Source: a virus
Lineage: Duplodnaviria > Caudoviricetes
Length of the DNA: 28,892 nt
Reading direction: 5' to 3' (one strand)
IMG/VR virus record: IMGVR_UViG_3300037423_000178
Location: 1 to 28,892 of that record
The position numbers were made by a program, and so were the translations under genes. The notes below the pieces were generated by a model that saw nothing but the letters and a program-made list of their open reading frames with translations, ran no database searches and was not told where the DNA came from. Of the stretch, positions 25,505 through 28,892 are shown in pieces (position 1 is the first letter of the stretch; each line of letters opens with the position of its first letter).

Positions 25505-25535
25505 AGCCTAGCACACACTTGTTCGTTCGTGTCAA
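25505..25535 (-). promoter_or_regulatory. Sigma-70-type promoter, copy 1, with CAAGTG motif in the spacer
   Basis: TTGACA-cgaacgaacaagtgtgtgc-TAGGCT with TGn extended -10. Confidence 0.75.
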
Positions 25536-25536
25536 C

Positions 25537-25737
25537 TCAGTAGACGTTCAGAATGCTGGTCGGCATCCCTCCCCATCGAGAGACGGCCATACCTGCAGCG
25601 ACTTGCGCGGCAACGCGCCAGTCGGGGAATGCAATGCGCGAGATAGTGACTCGGCTCCGGTGACTGGCAATGATGCCGCGCTTTACGTCGTCGTGGTCAG
25701 CGGTAATCACATCAAAGGTCCAGTTCTCCGGGTCCAT
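25537..25737 (-). CDS. Hypothetical protein
   Basis: AAAGGA RBS; 66 aa. Confidence 0.6.
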   Translation of the reverse strand: MDPENWTFDVITADHDDVKRGIIASHRSRVTISRIAFPDWRVAAQVAAGMAVSRWGGMPTSILNVY

Positions 25738-25740
25738 TGG

Positions 25741-25899
25741 TCAGTCCTTTCCGTGTACCGTCCGGTCGTGCTTGCGAATTGACCGCTTGAAGAACGGCCA
25801 GACAATGCCGAGGATGAACACGTCAACGACGATGATGTTCGTGACCTCGACAAGCATGTGGGCTGGGTCGCCCAACAGGTGGGTGTACTCCTCAAACAT
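25741..25899 (-). CDS. Small membrane protein
   Basis: MFEEYTHLLGDPAH...IIVVDVFILGIVWPFFKRSIRKHD; GAGAGGAG RBS. Confidence 0.7.
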   Translation of the reverse strand: MFEEYTHLLGDPAHMLVEVTNIIVVDVFILGIVWPFFKRSIRKHDRTVHGKD

Positions 25900-25924
25900 T
25901 GGCGCTCCTCTCATTGCAGTAGTG

Positions 25925-25967
25925 AAACAAGAAAGGCACCCGCCCCTCCGATGATGGGGCGGGTGCC
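25925..25967 (-). terminator. Intrinsic terminator
   Basis: GGCACCCGCCCC/GGGGCGGGTGCC 12-bp stem followed on the minus strand by TTTCTTGTTT. Confidence 0.8.
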
Positions 25968-25982
25968 AATCCAATTGCGCTA

Positions 25983-26387
25983 CTAGGAACCGGGCTCGCT
26001 CTGGCTGGTGCGCAGGTCAATGTCCGGCACAATCTCCTCCGGCTTGAACGTCACCTTGTAGTGGTTCGGGTCGGCGTACGCGCCGTCGATCTGCTCCACG
26101 AAGTAGGACACATTGTCCGAGAGTCCGAGGAAGTGCTTCTTGTACTCGTGGTCGCCGGTCTTGCAGGTGACCTCCAACTGGTTGCCCTCGTCGCTGATCG
26201 AGCACGCGCCCTCAATGGAGAGCAGGTACTTGTCGGTGATGCCATTGAAGAACACCACGCGACGGTCGATCTTGAAGTTGTCGGCGTCCTTGCTCAGGTT
26301 CTCCGACACCACGTCGGCGTCATCCGAACAGGCGCTCAGTCCGATGAGGCCAAGGGCCAGGGCCAGGGCGGCAATGATCTTCCGCAT
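25983..26387 (-). CDS. Phage lipoprotein
   Basis: Signal peptide with lipobox LSAC; ADVVSENLSKDADNFKIDRRVVFFNGITDKYLL..EG.CS pattern seen widely in phages. Confidence 0.8.
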   Translation of the reverse strand: MRKIIAALALALGLIGLSACSDDADVVSENLSKDADNFKIDRRVVFFNGITDKYLLSIEGACSISDEGNQLEVTCKTGDHEYKKHFLGLSDNVSYFVEQIDGAYADPNHYKVTFKPEEIVPDIDLRTSQSEPGS

Positions 26388-26626
26388 CAGGCCACCAGCG
26401 CGGCGACGCGACCGGCAATGCGGTCGGCACGAGCAGCCTGCTCAAGCGCCTCGTCGCGCAGAGCGATCATGCGCTCGACCTCGGCCTGCGCCTCGGCGGC
26501 AATGGCGTCGTGGTCCTCGGCGACGGACTGCAGGTGCAGGGACACGGACTCGAACTGCTCAATGGCAGTGTCGAGCATTGCTGTGGACTGCGCGACGCGC
26601 GCAGCCAGGGTCTGCTTCTTCTTCAT
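26387..26626 (-). CDS. Coiled-coil hypothetical protein
   Basis: GAGGAG 8 nt before ATG; TGATG overlap with the lipoprotein gene. Confidence 0.65.
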   Translation of the reverse strand: MKKKQTLAARVAQSTAMLDTAIEQFESVSLHLQSVAEDHDAIAAEAQAEVERMIALRDEALEQAARADRIAGRVAALVA

Positions 26627-26651
26627 TGGCATTGCTCCTCTCACATGGGAA

Positions 26652-26678
26652 GGGAGGGGCGCATCGCGCGCCCCTCCC
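26652..26678. terminator. Intergenic GC hairpin, possible terminator
   Basis: GGGAGGGGCGC-ATCGC-GCGCCCCTCCC; weak U-tract. Confidence 0.55.
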
Positions 26679-26692
26679 AATGGGTCAGACGG

Positions 26693-27112
26693 TCAGAGGT
26701 AGTAGCCGACGCCAGCGGGCTCCGGCTCGACGGCCTCGTCCGGGGTGACGCCCAGCCGCTCGAACAGCGCATTGAGCGCGTCCTCGGCCTGCTTCTGCAT
26801 CGCCCGCTCAGCGGCGGCACCCACGGCCTCGTTGAAAGCGGTGATGCGCGGCTGCAGGATCGACAGCAGGCGGTCGAAGACCATGTCGAAGGACGCGCCA
26901 GCGACCTCAGCCGGGACGCCGCTGGCCTCGCCAGCGCGCACCGTCTCGTCCCGCAGGTCAGCGACGGACTCGGACACGAGGCCGGTCACGGTGATGGCGG
27001 CAGCCTCGATGCCCGCGAGCACCTGCACGTCGGTCAGGTCCGCGACCTGCTCGAACAGCGGGTTCACGTCGGCGGCAAGGCGGTCGGTCTCGGGAAGCAG
27101 GTAGTTGGTCAT
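26693..27112 (-). CDS. Hypothetical acidic helical protein
   Basis: GAGGGG RBS before ATG 27112. Confidence 0.7.
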   Translation of the reverse strand: MTNYLLPETDRLAADVNPLFEQVADLTDVQVLAGIEAAAITVTGLVSESVADLRDETVRAGEASGVPAEVAGASFDMVFDRLLSILQPRITAFNEAVGAAAERAMQKQAEDALNALFERLGVTPDEAVEPEPAGVGYYL

Positions 27113-27170
27113 TGGTAATTCCCCTCTCACTTGTTCAATGTTGGAAGTATTAAGTTGTGGGATGGTGCGA

Positions 27171-27572
27171 TCAGAACTGGTTGACGATTCCGTTGAAAGC
27201 CCGCTCGTAAGCCGGTCCCTCGATGACGGAATCAATGAGGCCCTGAATGGTGACACCCAGGAATTGGGCCACCGCCCTCGCCCCATCCCCGCAGCCCTCG
27301 GCGTAGAGGGCGAGGGCAGCCTCGGTGGCAGCCTCGCCCTGGTCGCTGGCGACCATCGTCGCCCGGAGAATTGCCTCCTGCACCAGCAGGTTCACGCACG
27401 CCGCTCCGAACAGGAACGCTTGCACGTTGTCGGCATTGACCTCGGCCTTGATTGCCTCGGCGTACTCGTGAGCGAATGTCCCCAGCGGGGGCATGTCGCT
27501 CGCGTTGTCGGAGTTCTGCGCAGCCTCGATCATCTTCACCACGTAGTCCATCGGTTGCGGCGTGTCAGGCAT
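27171..27572 (-). CDS. Hypothetical protein
   Basis: GAGAGGAG RBS; first gene after promoter copy 2. Confidence 0.7.
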   Translation of the reverse strand: MPDTPQPMDYVVKMIEAAQNSDNASDMPPLGTFAHEYAEAIKAEVNADNVQAFLFGAACVNLLVQEAILRATMVASDQGEAATEAALALYAEGCGDGARAVAQFLGVTIQGLIDSVIEGPAYERAFNGIVNQF

Positions 27573-27603
27573 GTCGTTCTCCTCTCGGTTGTTCGATGGC
27601 TAG

Positions 27604-27634
27604 AGCCTAGCACACACTTGTTCCATCGTGGCAA
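27604..27634 (-). promoter_or_regulatory. Sigma-70-type promoter, copy 2, with CAAGTG motif in the spacer
   Basis: TTGCCA-cgatggaacaagtgtgtgc-TAGGCT; last 20 nt identical to copy 1. Confidence 0.75.
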
Positions 27635-27635
27635 C

Positions 27636-28187
27636 TCACTTGCACTTTGGATCGTGTCTGCAATCTCCGGCCCTAATGCGAGCACCCCAACACGGCCACG
27701 GCTGATCCGCCTTGCGCTCCATTTCGCGGACGCGCTCGGCCCTCTCCTCGGCTTGGCGCTGGAACTTCTCAATGGACGCACGCAACTTCTCGCGCCGCCT
27801 CTCGTCGGCCTTTGCCTCCAATGCGGCGTAGTAATTCCGACGCTCGCTGTGCCACGCGGCAGGGGTACCGAAGAATGTGGGCACTACCCACGTCCTCAGT
27901 CGGTCCCCCTGCGCGCCGTGACTCAGAGCGGCAGCCGCCTCATTGGCTTTGGTGTCCGACTCAAAGAGCCCCAGGCACACCTTGACTGCCGCCTCGTGAT
28001 CCGGGGGAATCTTGCCGTGCTCCGGTGTCTCACACACCTGACCAACCACGGCCCACTTTCCCCGCTCCTCAATGATTCCGAGTGCAGTGTCAAGCGCCGC
28101 ATTAGCGGCGCCGTCCAGCGTTTCGTACTCCGCGTCGAGAGTGTCGGCCATTGCCGCGACGTGCTTCTTTGTCCACGACAGGCCCAT
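27636..28187 (-). CDS. Hypothetical protein
   Basis: 183 aa with coding-like bias; C-terminal coiled coil and Cys cluster. Confidence 0.7.
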   Translation of the reverse strand: MGLSWTKKHVAAMADTLDAEYETLDGAANAALDTALGIIEERGKWAVVGQVCETPEHGKIPPDHEAAVKVCLGLFESDTKANEAAAALSHGAQGDRLRTWVVPTFFGTPAAWHSERRNYYAALEAKADERRREKLRASIEKFQRQAEERAERVREMERKADQPWPCWGARIRAGDCRHDPKCK

Positions 28188-28190
28188 TGA

Positions 28191-28562
28191 CTACGCCGCG
28201 TCCGAGAGGGTGACCTCGATGACCTCGTACTCGCTGCTCTGCAGAGCGTCGGGCAGGTCGCCGTACTTGATCGAGTCGTCAATCCCGTTGCGAATCTCCT
28301 CGTCGGTCCAGTCCGCACCCTTGAGCCCGTAGCGGTAGGCGTCGAAGCCACTGATCCGGTACGTCTCGGTGACCACGCGCTGCACCTGCACGTCCACGTC
28401 CGGCACGGCAATGCCGATCTTGGCGAACGTCTCCTCAAGCACGTGGCACAGGTCGTGCTCGACTGCAGCCTCACCCGCAATGACGATGACTCGATCAATG
28501 AACTTCGCCTGCTGCTCCTTGAGCGCCGCGAGTTCCGCCTCGACCTCAGCCTTGGTTGCCAT
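28191..28562 (-). CDS. Hypothetical protein
   Basis: TAATG overlap with the DUF3310 gene; GGAG RBS. Confidence 0.7.
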   Translation of the reverse strand: MATKAEVEAELAALKEQQAKFIDRVIVIAGEAAVEHDLCHVLEETFAKIGIAVPDVDVQVQRVVTETYRISGFDAYRYGLKGADWTDEEIRNGIDDSIKYGDLPDALQSSEYEVIEVTLSDAA

Positions 28563-28789
28563 TATTCCCACTCCCCTTTCCGTCCCTCACGTCGGGCAAT
28601 CTCCCGACTGAGGTATTGCTTTGCCTTTTTCAGGTCCTCGATTGGCTTGCCTTTGCGGTCACACCGCGCGACGTACTTGACGACATTGCCCAAGCGGTAG
28701 TTCAAGTCCCACTCCTCGATGGCATCAATGACCTCGATGCGCGAGTGGGTGTAGTGCTCGGGCACTGCCACCGGATCGTGCTCGCTCAT
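28562..28789 (-). CDS. DUF3310 family protein
   Basis: DPV..P.HY...IEVIDAI...GNVVKYVAR..RKG..IEDLKKA..YL.REI. Confidence 0.85.
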   Translation of the reverse strand: MSEHDPVAVPEHYTHSRIEVIDAIEEWDLNYRLGNVVKYVARCDRKGKPIEDLKKAKQYLSREIARREGRKGEWE

Positions 28790-28890
28790 GCCACGAGCGC
28801 CATTGCGACCGGCTCGTCCGGCAGGTCGTGCATGTCGAACCAGACCTTGGCCTCGTACTCCTCGCCCCAGATTGAGTAGGGGTGCATGAG
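28786..28890 (-). CDS. C-terminal end of a hypothetical protein (partial)
   Basis: ...LMHPYSIWGEEYEAKVWFDMHDLPDEPVAMALVA*; ATGA overlap with the DUF3310 gene. Confidence 0.5.
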   Translation of the reverse strand, partial: LMHPYSIWGEEYEAKVWFDMHDLPDEPVAMALVA

Positions 28891-28892
28891 GA

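Noticed and set aside
25983-26387. Lipoprotein as recombination directionality factor
   Set aside because: The signal peptide and lipobox imply export, which does not fit a cytoplasmic integrase partner.

Overview
Internal 28.9 kb segment of a high-GC (about 65% by eye) temperate actinobacteriophage, probably a siphovirus. Its gene content resembles R4-like Streptomyces phages and L5-like phages. Left to right: end of a probable tape measure gene; FN3-repeat tail protein; minor tail protein; modular tail fibre; lysis cassette; a reverse-strand Lsr2 variant; an L5 gp71/R4-type immunity repressor; then a rightward replication and nucleotide block (Cas4/RecB-like exonuclease, SSB, DnaB-like helicase, RuvC-like resolvase, MazG-like protein, split primase, metallophosphoesterase, sigma-like protein, class II RNR). 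Small ORFs, a large serine integrase and a leftward block of small early-type genes follow. Signals not explained by the gene list: (1) the palindrome CAWTG (CAATG/CATTG) occurs at about 9 per kb by hand count versus about 1 per kb expected, in all codon frames; (2) a transcription-oriented TGMACAAGTGWGWG motif at gene junctions and inside two near-identical promoters (stoperator-like); (3) an Lsr2 lacking its normal DNA-binding domain but carrying two RRGRK motifs; (4) a 51-nt tRNA-like minihelix heading a structured non-coding tract next to the integrase; (5) a five-hairpin tract behind the repressor. All calls come from motif recognition by eye; no database searches were run.
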